From: Aeromicrobium sp.
GTDB lineage: Bacteria > Actinomycetota > Actinomycetes > Propionibacteriales > Nocardioidaceae
Reading direction: 5' to 3'
NCBI RefSeq assembly: GCF_032084975.1
Contig: NZ_DAMDLR010000003.1
Location: 7,453 to 71,452 of the forward strand
DNA length: 64,000 nucleotides
Shown: piece after piece, positions 28,773-38,900 of the stretch
How the letters are laid out: each line of letters starts with the position of its first letter
Numbering within the stretch: position 1 is the stretch's first letter
Program-made: the position numbers and the translations under genes
The notes under the pieces: model-generated
Seen by the model: only the letters and a program-made list of their open reading frames with translations
What the model was told of the DNA's origin: nothing
Databases searched by the model: none

Positions 28773-29632
28773 CGAACAAGGTCATCCAGGCCGCCGGCGG
28801 CATCGTGTGGCGCAAGGCCGCCCCCGGCGCCATCGAGGTGCTGCTGGTCCACCGGCCGCGCTACGACGACTGGACCTTCCCGAAGGGCAAGGCCGATCCC
28901 GGCGAGCCGCTGCCCGTCACCGCGGTGCGCGAGATCGCCGAGGAGACGGGGTACGAGGTGCGGCTCGTGCACCCGCTCCCTGAGGTGACCTACCGCGTCA
29001 AGGGCGGCGTGAAACAGGTCGCGTACTGGACTTGCCGCCTCGTGGGCGACGAGTCGGACTTCCAGCCCAACCGCGAGGTGGACGAGCTGAGGTGGGTGGC
29101 GCCGCGCGACGCCCGCAAGAAGCTGAGCTACGAGCACGACCGCAGCCTGCTGGAGGCGTTCGAGGACGTGACGGCGCAGAAGCGCCACAAGTCGCGCACC
29201 CTGATCGTGCTGCGCCACGCGAAGGCGATGACCCGCGCCGAGTTCGACGGCGGCGACCTCGAACGGCCGCTCGCCGCCGCGGGCCACGACCGCTCGAAGG
29301 AGCTCGTCCCCCTGCTGACCGCCTTCGGCGTCCGCCGCGTCGTCAGCAGCCCGGCGACCCGCACCGTGCAGACCGTCGACCCCTACATCGCGACCACCGA
29401 TGAGCTGCTCGAGCTGGACGACCGCCTCGGCGACGGCGTGCCCGCCGGACAGGTCGAGCGGGCGATCGAGGCACTCATGGGCACGAAGCGGCCGACCGTG
29501 GCGTGCACCCACCGCCCGACCCTGCCGGACGTCTACGCTGCCCTGGGCATCAGCGGGCCGGTCCTGTCGCCCGGCCAGGGCCTCGTGATCCACCACCGCA
29601 AGGGCAAGGTCGTCGCCTCCGAGCTGATCTGA
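28769..29632 (+). CDS. Nudix hydrolase fused to a histidine-phosphatase (SixA-like) domain (MutT1-like)
   Basis: 287 aa; the ATG overlaps the ppk stop. The Nudix box is [22 protein letters not shown]. The C-half LIVLRHAKA...RPL matches the RHG histidine-phosphatase motif. The arrangement matches Rv2984-Rv2985. Confidence 0.85.
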   Translation: MTNKVIQAAGGIVWRKAAPGAIEVLLVHRPRYDDWTFPKGKADPGEPLPVTAVREIAEETGYEVRLVHPLPEVTYRVKGGVKQVAYWTCRLVGDESDFQPNREVDELRWVAPRDARKKLSYEHDRSLLEAFEDVTAQKRHKSRTLIVLRHAKAMTRAEFDGGDLERPLAAAGHDRSKELVPLLTAFGVRRVVSSPATRTVQTVDPYIATTDELLELDDRLGDGVPAGQVERAIEALMGTKRPTVACTHRPTLPDVYAALGISGPVLSPGQGLVIHHRKGKVVASELI

Positions 29633-29717
29633 GCCCCGGCGCAAGGACGTCGCGTGTGACGTGGCGCACCCGTTCCTGCCCGGATTACCAGGACCTCGAA
29701 CCCATCATTCCCCGATG

Positions 29718-29757
29718 GTTCACCTCCTGTTCACCCTCGTCGCGGGATCGATACACC
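29718..29757 (+). promoter_or_regulatory. PHO-box-like direct repeats upstream of pstS
   Basis: GTTCACC at 29718 and again at 29729, exactly 11 nt apart, plus ATACACC at 29751 (in phase at 22 nt). The block lies 68-107 nt upstream of the pstS GTG and matches the actinomycete PhoP direct-repeat unit GTTCACC. Confidence 0.6.
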
Positions 29758-29824
29758 TGGGATTCCTAGCGTGGGGTTGTTCGAGGCGATCGCCTCCACA
29801 CAGCTCCAAGAGAGGGAAACTCAC

Positions 29825-30919
29825 GTGAACCGCAAGTCCTTGCGCACCATGGCCGCCACCACGGCCGGAGCTGCGCTGCTCTTCGGCCTGTCCGCCTGTG
29901 GCGCCGCCAACGAGGGCGACTCCGGCAGCGACTCCGACGGCGGCAGCTCGCTCAGCGGCACGCTCAACGGTGCCGGCGCCAGCTCGCAGCAGTCCGCCGT
30001 CAACGCGTGGAAGCAGGGCTTCCAGACCGCGAACGCGGACGTCACCGTCAACTACGACGCCATCGGCTCCGGCGGCGGACGTGAGCAGTTCATCGCGGGC
30101 GGCGTCTCGTTCGCCGGCTCGGACGCGTTCCTCGACGACGAGGAGGTCGCGAGCGCGACGGAGCGCTGCAGCTCCGACATCGTGACCGTCCCGGTCTACG
30201 TCAGCCCTGTCGCCGTCGTCTACAACCTCGACGGCGTCGAGGACCTGCAGCTCTCGGCCAAGACGCTCGGCGCGATCTTCGCGGGCGACATCACCACGTG
30301 GAACGACAAGGCAATCGCGGCGGACAACCCCGACGCGGAGCTGCCCGACTCGGCCATCACGCCCGTCCACCGCGGTGACGCCTCGGGCACCACCGAGAAC
30401 TTCACCGCGTACCTCGACGCCGCTTCCGAGGGCTCCTGGTCGCACGGCGAGGTCGAGGAGTGGCCGGTCAAGGGTGGCGAGGCCGCCCAGCAGACCTCCG
30501 GCGTGATCCAGGCCGTCTCCGGCGGCCAGGGCACGATCGGCTACGCCGACGCCAGCCAGGCCGGCGAGCTGAGCACCGTCGCGGTCAAGGTCGGCGAGGA
30601 GTTCGTCGCGCCGACGCCCGAGGCCGCCGCCAAGGTCCTCGACTCCGCGACGCCGGTCGAGGGTCGCGCCGAGACCGACATGGCCCTCGAGATCGACCGC
30701 ACGACCGACGCCGCGGGCGTCTACCCGATCGTCCTGGTCTCGTACCAGATCGCGTGCCAGGAGTACGAGGACGCCAAGGAGGCCGAGCTGGTCAAGGAGT
30801 GGCTGACCTACGTCGCCAGCGCCGACGGCCAGGCCGCGTCCGCCGACGCCGCCGGCTCCGCGCCGCTGTCGGACGACTTCTCCGCCAAGGTCCAGGAAGC
30901 CATCGACTCGATCGCCTGA
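29825..30919 (+). CDS. pstS: Phosphate ABC transporter substrate-binding lipoprotein PstS
   Basis: GTG start preceded by GAGAGGGA. It has a signal peptide with lipobox LFGLSAC, then GAGASSQQSA...GSGGGREQF motifs. Confidence 0.9.
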   Translation: MNRKSLRTMAATTAGAALLFGLSACGAANEGDSGSDSDGGSSLSGTLNGAGASSQQSAVNAWKQGFQTANADVTVNYDAIGSGGGREQFIAGGVSFAGSDAFLDDEEVASATERCSSDIVTVPVYVSPVAVVYNLDGVEDLQLSAKTLGAIFAGDITTWNDKAIAADNPDAELPDSAITPVHRGDASGTTENFTAYLDAASEGSWSHGEVEEWPVKGGEAAQQTSGVIQAVSGGQGTIGYADASQAGELSTVAVKVGEEFVAPTPEAAAKVLDSATPVEGRAETDMALEIDRTTDAAGVYPIVLVSYQIACQEYEDAKEAELVKEWLTYVASADGQAASADAAGSAPLSDDFSAKVQEAIDSIA

Positions 30920-30995
30920 TGCCTTTGGTCCGGGCGAGGGACGATCTTCCTCGCCCGGGTCATGGGCACCAGACGACCTCCACCAAGGACACCAT

Positions 30996-31928
30996 GTGAG
31001 CACCTCCACCGAACCGCGACCGGCCACCAGGCCGGGAGACCGCGTCTTCCGCGGCATCTCCCTGGGCGCGGCCATCGTCATCCTGGCGACTCTCGCCGGG
31101 GTGGCGATCTTCCTGACCGCCGAGGGCATCCCCGGTGTCACGGCCTCCCCCGACGAGGTCAAGAGCGGCGAGACGTTCCTCAACTACGTCACCCCGCTCG
31201 TCTTCGGCACGCTGTGGGCCGCGGTCATCGCCCTGGCCATCGCGACCCCCGTCGCGATCGGCGTCGCGCTGTTCATCTCGCACTACGCACCGCGCAAGCT
31301 GGCGCAGCCGATCGGCTACCTCATCGACCTGCTCGCAGCGGTGCCCAGCGTCGTGTACGGCACGTGGGGCATCCTGACGCTCTCGTCGGCGATCCAGCCG
31401 GTCTACGTGTGGCTCGAGGAGAACCTCGGCTTCATCCCGCTGTTCGCCGGGCCCGCCTCGGCGACCGGCCGCACGCTGCTCACGGCGGCCCTCGTCCTCG
31501 CGATCATGGTGCTGCCGATCATGACGGCGATCTGCCGCGAGATCTTCCTGCAGACGCCGCGCCTGCACGAGGAGGCCGCACTGGCCCTGGGCGCGACCCG
31601 CTGGGAGATGACCAAGATGGCCGTCTTCCCGTATGCGCGCTCGGGCATGGTCTCGGCCGCGATGCTCGCCCTCGGCCGCGCCCTCGGCGAGACGATGGCG
31701 GTCGCCATGGTGCTGAGCGCCTCGGGCGTCATCACCTTCAACGTCATCAGCTCGGGCAACCCCAACACCATCGCGTCGAACATCGCGCAGTCCTTCCCCG
31801 AGGCGAGCGGCCTGACCGTGAACGCCCTGATCGCCACCGGACTGGTGCTGTTCATCATCACCTTCATCGTCAACTTCGCCGCGCGGGCCATCGTCGCGCG
31901 CAACAAGGAATTCTCGGGAGCGAACTGA
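30996..31928 (+). CDS. pstC: Phosphate ABC transporter permease PstC
   Basis: 310 aa, six TM helices and an EAA-type loop (EEAALALGATRWEM). Confidence 0.9.
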   Translation: MSTSTEPRPATRPGDRVFRGISLGAAIVILATLAGVAIFLTAEGIPGVTASPDEVKSGETFLNYVTPLVFGTLWAAVIALAIATPVAIGVALFISHYAPRKLAQPIGYLIDLLAAVPSVVYGTWGILTLSSAIQPVYVWLEENLGFIPLFAGPASATGRTLLTAALVLAIMVLPIMTAICREIFLQTPRLHEEAALALGATRWEMTKMAVFPYARSGMVSAAMLALGRALGETMAVAMVLSASGVITFNVISSGNPNTIASNIAQSFPEASGLTVNALIATGLVLFIITFIVNFAARAIVARNKEFSGAN

Positions 31929-31929
31929 G

Positions 31930-33003
31930 ATGACCACCACCACCCTGACCCCGCCTCCCCGCGCGGACGACCTCGCGGACTCCCTGCGCACGCGGACGCT
32001 TCCCGTCGCGGCCGTGCGCACGATCCACGCCGTCGCGATCGCGCTGGTCGTCCTGGGCCTGTTCGGGATCGTCGGCGGTGTCCGCCTGGCGCTGCTCGGC
32101 TACGCGCTGACGTTCACCGTCCCGATCTGGTCGCGTGTCGTCGAGGGCGGCCGGCGCGCCACCGACCGGCTCGTGACGCTGCTGGTCACCTCCGCCTTCG
32201 GCCTGGCCCTCATCCCGCTCGGCAGCATCATGTGGTCCGTCCTCGAGCAGGGCCTGCCGGTCCTGAGCGCCGAGTTCTTCACGTACTCGATGCGCAACGT
32301 CGTCGGCGAGGGCGGCGGCATCTACCACGCGATGATCGGCACCCTGCTGATCACCGCGGGAGCCACCGCCATCTCGGTGCCGATCGGCCTGTTCACCGCG
32401 ATCTACCTGATCGAGTACGGCGAGGACGGTCGCATGTCGACCTGGATCCGCTTCCTGGTCGACGTCATGACGGGCATCCCGTCGATCGTCGCCGGCCTGT
32501 TCGCCTACGCCCTGTTCGTCGTGTTCTTCGGTGACGGAGTCCGGATGGGCATCGGCGGCGCGGTCGCGCTCGCGGTGCTGATGGTTCCCACGGTCGTGCG
32601 CTCCTGCGAGGAGATGCTCAAGCTGGTCCCCAACGAGCTGCGCGAGGCCTCGTACGCCCTCGGTGTGCCGAAGTGGCGGACGATCGTCAAGGTCGTCCTG
32701 CCGACCGCACTGGCCGGCATCGTCACGGGCATCACGCTCGCGATCGCGCGGGTCATCGGCGAGACCGCTCCCCTGCTGGTCATCGCCGGCGCGACCGACT
32801 CGGTCAACTTCAACCTCTTCGACGGACGCATGGCGACCCTCCCGGTCTTCACGTACTCGTCGATCATGCAGCCCGGCGTGCCGCCGGAGCCCAGCATCGA
32901 GCGCGCCTGGGGCGCGGCGCTCGTCCTGCTGGTCATCGTCATGGTGCTGAACCTCGTCGCCCGCCTCGTCTCCCACTTCTTCTCGCCCAAGGGCGAGCGC
33001 TGA
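31930..33003 (+). CDS. pstA: Phosphate ABC transporter permease PstA
   Basis: 357 aa, TM protein with an EAA loop ([14 protein letters not shown]), 1 nt after pstC. Confidence 0.9.
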   Translation: MTTTTLTPPPRADDLADSLRTRTLPVAAVRTIHAVAIALVVLGLFGIVGGVRLALLGYALTFTVPIWSRVVEGGRRATDRLVTLLVTSAFGLALIPLGSIMWSVLEQGLPVLSAEFFTYSMRNVVGEGGGIYHAMIGTLLITAGATAISVPIGLFTAIYLIEYGEDGRMSTWIRFLVDVMTGIPSIVAGLFAYALFVVFFGDGVRMGIGGAVALAVLMVPTVVRSCEEMLKLVPNELREASYALGVPKWRTIVKVVLPTALAGIVTGITLAIARVIGETAPLLVIAGATDSVNFNLFDGRMATLPVFTYSSIMQPGVPPEPSIERAWGAALVLLVIVMVLNLVARLVSHFFSPKGER

Positions 33004-33022
33004 CCTCCCGGAAGGAACCCTC

Positions 33023-33802
33023 ATGGCCAAGAGCATCGACGTCTCGGACCTGAACATCTACTACGGCGACTTCCTCGCCGTCGAAGGCGTCAACATCGCC
33101 ATCCCCGCCCGCGCCGTCACGGCGTTCATCGGCCCCTCGGGCTGCGGCAAGTCGACCTTCCTGCGGTCACTCAACCGCATGCACGAGGTGATCCGCGGCG
33201 CCCGCGTCGAGGGCAAGGTCCTCGTCGACGGCCAGGACCTGTACGCCGGCGACATGGACCCGGTGAACGTCCGCCGCAAGATCGGCATGGTCTTCCAGCG
33301 GCCGAACCCGTTCCCGACGATGTCGATCTCGCAGAACGTCCTGGCGGGACAGCGGCTGAACAGCAAGCGGATGAAGAAGACCGAGGCCGACGACATCGTC
33401 GAGCAGGCACTGCGGGCCGCCGGCCTGTGGGCCGAGGTCAAGGACCGCCTCGACCGCCCCGGCTCGAGCCTCTCCGGCGGCCAGCAGCAGCGCCTGTGCA
33501 TCGCACGCGCCGTGGCCGTGGAGCCCGAGGTCCTGCTGATGGACGAGCCGTGCTCGGCGCTGGACCCCATCTCGACGAGCGTCATCGAGGACCTTATCCA
33601 CGAGCTCAAGAGCGAGTACACGATCGTGATCGTCACCCACAACATGCAGCAGGCGGCCCGCGTCTCGGACCAGACCGCGTTCTTCAACCTGGCGGGCGTC
33701 GGCCAGCCGGGACGGCTCGTGGAGCTGGGCCCCACGGAGAAGATGTTCGCCAACCCCGACGACCCCGCCACCGAGGCCTACATCCAGGGCCGCTTCGGAT
33801 GA
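33023..33802 (+). CDS. pstB: Phosphate ABC transporter ATP-binding protein PstB
   Basis: 259 aa. Walker [10 protein letters not shown], signature LSGGQQQRL, Walker B LLMDEP. Confidence 0.95.
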   Translation: MAKSIDVSDLNIYYGDFLAVEGVNIAIPARAVTAFIGPSGCGKSTFLRSLNRMHEVIRGARVEGKVLVDGQDLYAGDMDPVNVRRKIGMVFQRPNPFPTMSISQNVLAGQRLNSKRMKKTEADDIVEQALRAAGLWAEVKDRLDRPGSSLSGGQQQRLCIARAVAVEPEVLLMDEPCSALDPISTSVIEDLIHELKSEYTIVIVTHNMQQAARVSDQTAFFNLAGVGQPGRLVELGPTEKMFANPDDPATEAYIQGRFG

Positions 33803-33923
33803 TGGGCCGATCGCGCTCGCTTCGCTTCGCGCTCACTCCCGGCTCCGCAGAGCTCCGCCGGGTCGGCCCCTCGTCGCTTCGCTCCTCGCCATGGCGACGA
33901 GGTGGCGAGGGCCCTTCCTCCGT

Positions 33924-34949
33924 CTACGGCAGGAACGGGCGCGCGAGGAAGTAGAACGTCGCGGCGACCGCGGCGGCCGCGGGCATCGTGATGATCCACG
34001 CGATGACGATGCCCTTGGCCACACCCCAGCGGACCGCGCTGAAGCGCTTGGTCGCACCGGCGCCCATGATCGCCGAGGTGATGGTGTGCGTCGTCGAGAC
34101 GGGCGCGTGCAGGCCGATCGCCATGACGTAGAGGACGCTGGCAGCCGTCGCCTCGGCGGCGAAGCCCTTCGGCGGGTCCAGCTCGATGATGCGCCGGCCG
34201 AGCGTGCGCATGATGCGCCAGCCGCCCGAGTAGGTGCCGGCGGCGATCGCGCTGGCCGCGGCGACGATGACCCACAACGGGACGTCCTCGCCGTCGTGCA
34301 GGCCGCCGGCCACGAGGGCCAGCACGATGATGCCCATCGTCTTCTGGGCGTCCTGCAGTCCGTGACCCAGCGCCATGCCGGCGGCCGAGACGGTCTGGGC
34401 GGCGCGGAAGCCACGGTTCACGCGCGTCGGCTTGGCCCGGCGGAAGAGCCACATGATCGCGGTCATGAGGCCGAAGGCGAGGAAGAAGCCCAGCGCGGGG
34501 CTGAGGATCATCGGAATCGCGACCTTGTCGACCAGCGTGTCCCAGTGGACGACCGTCGAGGAGGCGACGCCGGCGCCGACGATGCCGCCGATGAGGGCGT
34601 GCGAGGACGACGACGGGATGCCGAAGTACCAGGTGATCAGGTTCCACGTGATCGCACCGACGAGCGCGGCCAGCACGATCGTCAGCGCATGGGCGCGGTC
34701 GGCATCGGTGACGCTGCTGACCCCGCCGTCGATGTCGATGATCCCCTGGATCGTCTTGGCGACCCCGACACCGAGCCACGCTCCGACGAAGTTCAAGATG
34801 GCCGCCATGGCCAGCGCGACGCGCGGCGTCAGCGCCCGGGTCGAGACCGAGGTGGCGATGGCGTTGGCTGCGTCGTGGAAGCCGTTCGTGTAGTCGAACA
34901 CGAGGGCGATCACGACGACCGTGACCACCATGACCATGACCAGGTCCAC
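33924..34949 (-). CDS. pit: Inorganic phosphate transporter, PiT family
   Basis: 341 aa, GTG start. The hallmark FDYTNGFHDAANAIATS motif is present, with polytopic topology. Confidence 0.9.
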   Translation of the reverse strand: MDLVMVMVVTVVVIALVFDYTNGFHDAANAIATSVSTRALTPRVALAMAAILNFVGAWLGVGVAKTIQGIIDIDGGVSSVTDADRAHALTIVLAALVGAITWNLITWYFGIPSSSSHALIGGIVGAGVASSTVVHWDTLVDKVAIPMILSPALGFFLAFGLMTAIMWLFRRAKPTRVNRGFRAAQTVSAAGMALGHGLQDAQKTMGIIVLALVAGGLHDGEDVPLWVIVAAASAIAAGTYSGGWRIMRTLGRRIIELDPPKGFAAEATAASVLYVMAIGLHAPVSTTHTITSAIMGAGATKRFSAVRWGVAKGIVIAWIITMPAAAAVAATFYFLARPFLP

Positions 34950-35567
34950 TCAGGACTCCTTGACGGCGATCTGCTCGATCGTGTTGGCGACGGTCTCGAG
35001 GGCGTCGATCGCCTGCTCCGTCGCCTCGACGATGTCCTTGAGCTTGAGCACCTGCATGGCCTTGTAGTTGCCGTCGAACAGGTCCGCCAGGATCCGGCGG
35101 TGGTTCCGGTCGCCCTCGTTCTCGAGACGGTTGATCTCGATCCAGAACTCCTCGAGGTCCTTCATCGTGCGCAGGCGCGGCATCGCCTCGGCCGTGAGGT
35201 TGCACGCGCGGCGCAGGACCTCGATCTGGGCGGCGAACGCCTCGGGGAACTCGTGGACGCCGTAGAGGGCGACGCTGTCGACGACCTCCTCCATGTAGTC
35301 CATGACGTCGTCGAGGCCGCTGGCCAGGTCGTAGATGTCCTCACGGTCGAAGGGCGTCACGAACGTGCTGTTCACGAGCCGGATGATCGCGTGCGTCGTC
35401 TCGTCCGCAGCGTGCTCGGCGTCGTTCATCTCAGCGGCGAGCGCCGCCGTGTCGACGCCCGGCTCGAGCAGTCGGGCGACGATTCCGGCACCTGTGACCA
35501 AGTGATTGGCCGACTCGGTGAAAAGGTCGTAGAACGAGGTCTCGACCGGTCGGATGCGAAAACGCAC
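34950..35567 (-). CDS. DUF47 (PhoU-like) Pit accessory protein
   Basis: 205 aa from a GTG at 35567 preceded by GAGGAG. It contains FYDLF...ADETTHAIIRLVNSTFVTPFDREDIYDLASGLDDVMD... and lies immediately upstream of pit. Confidence 0.85.
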   Translation of the reverse strand: MRFRIRPVETSFYDLFTESANHLVTGAGIVARLLEPGVDTAALAAEMNDAEHAADETTHAIIRLVNSTFVTPFDREDIYDLASGLDDVMDYMEEVVDSVALYGVHEFPEAFAAQIEVLRRACNLTAEAMPRLRTMKDLEEFWIEINRLENEGDRNHRRILADLFDGNYKAMQVLKLKDIVEATEQAIDALETVANTIEQIAVKES

Positions 35568-35646
35568 GCGGGGCTCCTCAAACAGGCGGGCGGGCAGACT
35601 CTGCCATGGTAGGTGTTCGCGGCGCGCGGCCGTCAACCGAGGCCTG

Positions 35647-35799
35647 TCAGGCGTCCTGGTCGAGGCCCAGCAGACCGTCGATCTCGTCCTGCGAGAGCCG
35701 GTCCCCGGCACCCGACGCGGCGATCATGAGGCGCGAGGTCAGCTCGATCTCGGCCAGCGCGTCATCGTCGCGCAGCCGATCGTCGAGCGGTTCGCTCAC
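35647..35799 (-). CDS. Small acidic hypothetical protein (50 aa)
   Basis: Below the track length cut-off, so I translated it by hand: VSEPLDDRLRDDDALAEIELTSRLMIAASGAGDRLSQDEIDGLLGLDQDA*. Third-position G/C use is high and the start is GTG. Small ORFs sit beside pur genes in other actinobacteria (Rv0810c-like position, from memory). Confidence 0.4.
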   Translation of the reverse strand: MSEPLDDRLRDDDALAEIELTSRLMIAASGAGDRLSQDEIDGLLGLDQDA

Positions 35800-35920
35800 G
35801 CGTTCACCGGGGGGATGCAAGGCCACATACCGAGAGTACGCGGACGAGGGGGGTCGAACCCAAGGTCAGCGCCGAAAATCCCCCATTGGGACTAGACGAC
35901 ACGGTCGGTTCCATTGGCCC

Positions 35921-38900
35921 TCAGTCCACCCAGGCGCGCGCATTGCGGAACAGTCGGGACCACGGGCTCTCGGCCGCCGGATCGCCGGCGTTCCACGACA
36001 TCTGGATGTTGCGCTGGACGCGCTCGGGATGCGGCATCATCGCCGTGAAGCGCCCGTCAGGCGTCGTGACGGCGGTCAGTCCGTCGCCCGCGCCGTTCGG
36101 GTTCGCGGGGTAGGTGGTGGCCGCGTTGCCGTGGACGTCGACGAACCGCGCGACGCGGTGGACCGCGTCGGCGTCGCCACGGCCCGTGAAGTTCGGGAAG
36201 CCCTCGCCGTGTGCGACGGCGATCGGCACCTTCGACCCTGCCATGCCGGCGAACAGGACCGACGGCGAGTCGAGGATCTCGACGAGCGACAGCCGGGCCT
36301 CGTACTGCTCGGAGACGTTGCGGGTGAACCGCGGCCATGCCTCGGCGCCCGGGATGATCTCGGCGAGCGCGCCGAACATCTGGGCGCCGTTGCAGATGCC
36401 GAGTCCGAACGTGTCGGTCCGCTCGAAGAACGTCGTGAAGGCGTCGGTGAGTGCCGGGTTGAACAGGACCGAGCGGGCCCAGCCCTCCCCCGCGCCGAGC
36501 GTGTCGCCGTACGAGAACCCGCCGCAGGCGACCAGGCCGACGGCGTCGGCGAGGTCGAAGCGACCGCTCTGCAGGTCGGTCATGTGCACGTCGTACGCGT
36601 CGAAGCCGGCCCGGTCGAAGCCGAAGGCGGTCTCGACGTGGGAGTTGACGCCCTGCTCGCGCAGGATCGCCACCTTCGGGCGGGCCCGGCCGGTGAGGTA
36701 CGGCGCCGCGACGTCGACCGTCGGGTCGAACGTGGTCTCGAGCGTCAGCAGCGGCTCGTCGGCGCCGATCGCCGCGTGCTCCTCGTCGGCGCACGCGGGG
36801 TTGTCCCGCAGGCGCGCGATGCGCCACGAGACCTCGTCCCACGCCTGCGCCAGGTCGTGCAGCGACTCGTCGATGCCCAGGCCCGGGACGCGGATGCGTC
36901 GCTGCTCGGTGGACGCGCCGACCCGGCTCGCCAGGTCAGCAAGGCCGTGCTCGGCGAGCAGCTCCAGCGCCTCGTCGACGCGATCGGCCGGCACCGCCAG
37001 GACGGCGCCGAGCTCCTCGGTGAACAGGGCGGCGAGGTCGTCGGTGTCCAGCTCCAGGCCGACCCCGCCGGCGAACGCCAGCTCGCAGGCGGCCGCCCAC
37101 AGGCCGCCGTCCGAGCGATCGTGGTACGCCGCGAGCAGGCCCGCGTCGCGCAGCGCGTTGACGCCGTCGACGAGCGCCACCAGGCGCTGCGGGTCGTCGA
37201 GGTCGGGAACGGTGCCGCCGAACTCGTCGTTGACCTGCGCCAGCATCGATCCGCCCAGGCGGTTCGCACCGGCCCCCAGGTCGACCAGCAGCAGTGCCGC
37301 GCCGGCCGGCAGCTCGGGAGTCGCGGTGCCGCGCACGTCGGGCAGCGACGCGAACGCCGTGACGACGAGCGAGACGGGCGCGGTGACCTGCTTCTCGGCG
37401 CCGGACTCGTCGGTCCAGCGCGTGCGCATCGAGAGCGAGTCCTTGCCGACGGGGACCGAGATCCCCAGCGCGGGACACAGCTCCATCGCGACGGCGTGCA
37501 CCGTGTCGTAGAGGGCCGCGTCCTCGCCGTCCTCACCGCACGCCGCCATCCAGTTGCACGAGAGCTTCACGCCCGGGAGGTCGATCGGGGCGGCCAGCAG
37601 GTTGGTGATCGCCTCGCCCACGGCCATCCGGCCGGACGCCGGGCCGTCGGTGGATGCGAGGGGCGTGCGCTCGCCACTGGCCATCGCCTGGCCCGAGAAG
37701 CCCACGTGGTCCGTGAGCGTGACGGCCACGTCGGCGACGGGGACCTGCCACGGGCCGACCATCTGGTCGCGGTGCGTCGTGCCGCCCACGGTGCGATCGG
37801 CGATCGTGACCAGGAACCGCTTCGACGCGACGGTGGGATGCCGCAGCACGGAGTACGCCGCGGAGCGGGCGTCGATGCCGGCCAGGTCCAGCTCGGGCGA
37901 CGACCACTCGACCCGCGTGACGTCGCGGACCATCTTCGGCGGCTTGCCCAGCAGGACGTCCATCGGCATGTCGATGGGGAACTCCCCGCCCGGCTCCTCG
38001 GGCGCGAGGACCAGCTGACGGTCGTCACGGGCGACGCCCACGACCGCGAAGGGGCAACGCTCGCGCTCGCACAGGGCCTCGAACCTCTCGAGCGACTCCG
38101 GCGCGATGGCCAGGACGTAGCGCTCCTGGCTCTCGTTGCTCCAGATCTCCTTGGGCGCCAGGCCGGACTCCTCCAGCGGCACGGCAGAGATGTCGAAGCG
38201 GGCGCCCATGCCCGCGTCGTCGACCAGCTCGGGGAAGGCGTTGGACAGGCCGCCGGCGCCCACGTCGTGGATCGACAGGATCGGGTTGTCGTCGCCGAGC
38301 GACCAGCAGTGGTTGATGACCTCCTGCGCGCGCCGCTCGATCTCGGGATTGCCGCGCTGCACCGAGTCGAAGTCCAGCTCGGCCGCGTTGGCGCCCGCCG
38401 CCTTGGACGAGGCCGCGCTGCCGCCCATGCCGATGCGCATGCCGGGTCCGCCCAGCTGGATCAGCAGGCTGCCGTCGGGGAAGTGGATCTTCTCGGTCAT
38501 CTCGGCGCTGATCGAGCCCAGGCCACCGGCGCTCATGATCGGCTTGTGATAGCCGCGGCGGACCCCGTCGACGGTCTGCTCGTAGACCCGGAAGAACCCG
38601 CCCAGGCCCGGACGGCCGAACTCGTTGTTGAAGGCCGCGGCGCCGATCGGGCCCTCGATCATGATGTCGAGCGGGCTGGCGATGTGCTCGGGCCGGCCGT
38701 ACTGCTCGGACTCCCAGGGCTCATCGGTGTCCGGCAGGTGCAGGTTCGAGACCACGAAGCCCGTGAGACCCGCCTTCGGGGCGGAGCCGCGGCCCGTGGC
38801 GCCCTCGTCGCGGATCTCGCCGCCGGCACCCGTCGCGGCGCCCGGGAAGGGCGAGATGGCCGTCGGGTGGTTGTGGGTCTCGACCTTCATCAGGACGTGC

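Noticed and set aside
33803-33923. CGCTTCGCT-rich direct repeats and the CCTCGTCGC/GCGACGAGG inverted repeat between pstB and pit, considered as a distinct repeat element.
   Set aside because: This is probably just a bidirectional terminator region between convergent genes. The stems are short with long loops, and I saw no second copy in the window.
35830-35900. tRNA-like fragment: GGGTTCGACCCC on the minus strand, resembling a T-arm/T-loop.
   Set aside because: I could not fold a cloverleaf. There is no complementary acceptor stem, the T-stem has only 3 bp, and there is no D-arm or anticodon arm. It is at most a degenerate remnant, and more likely chance.
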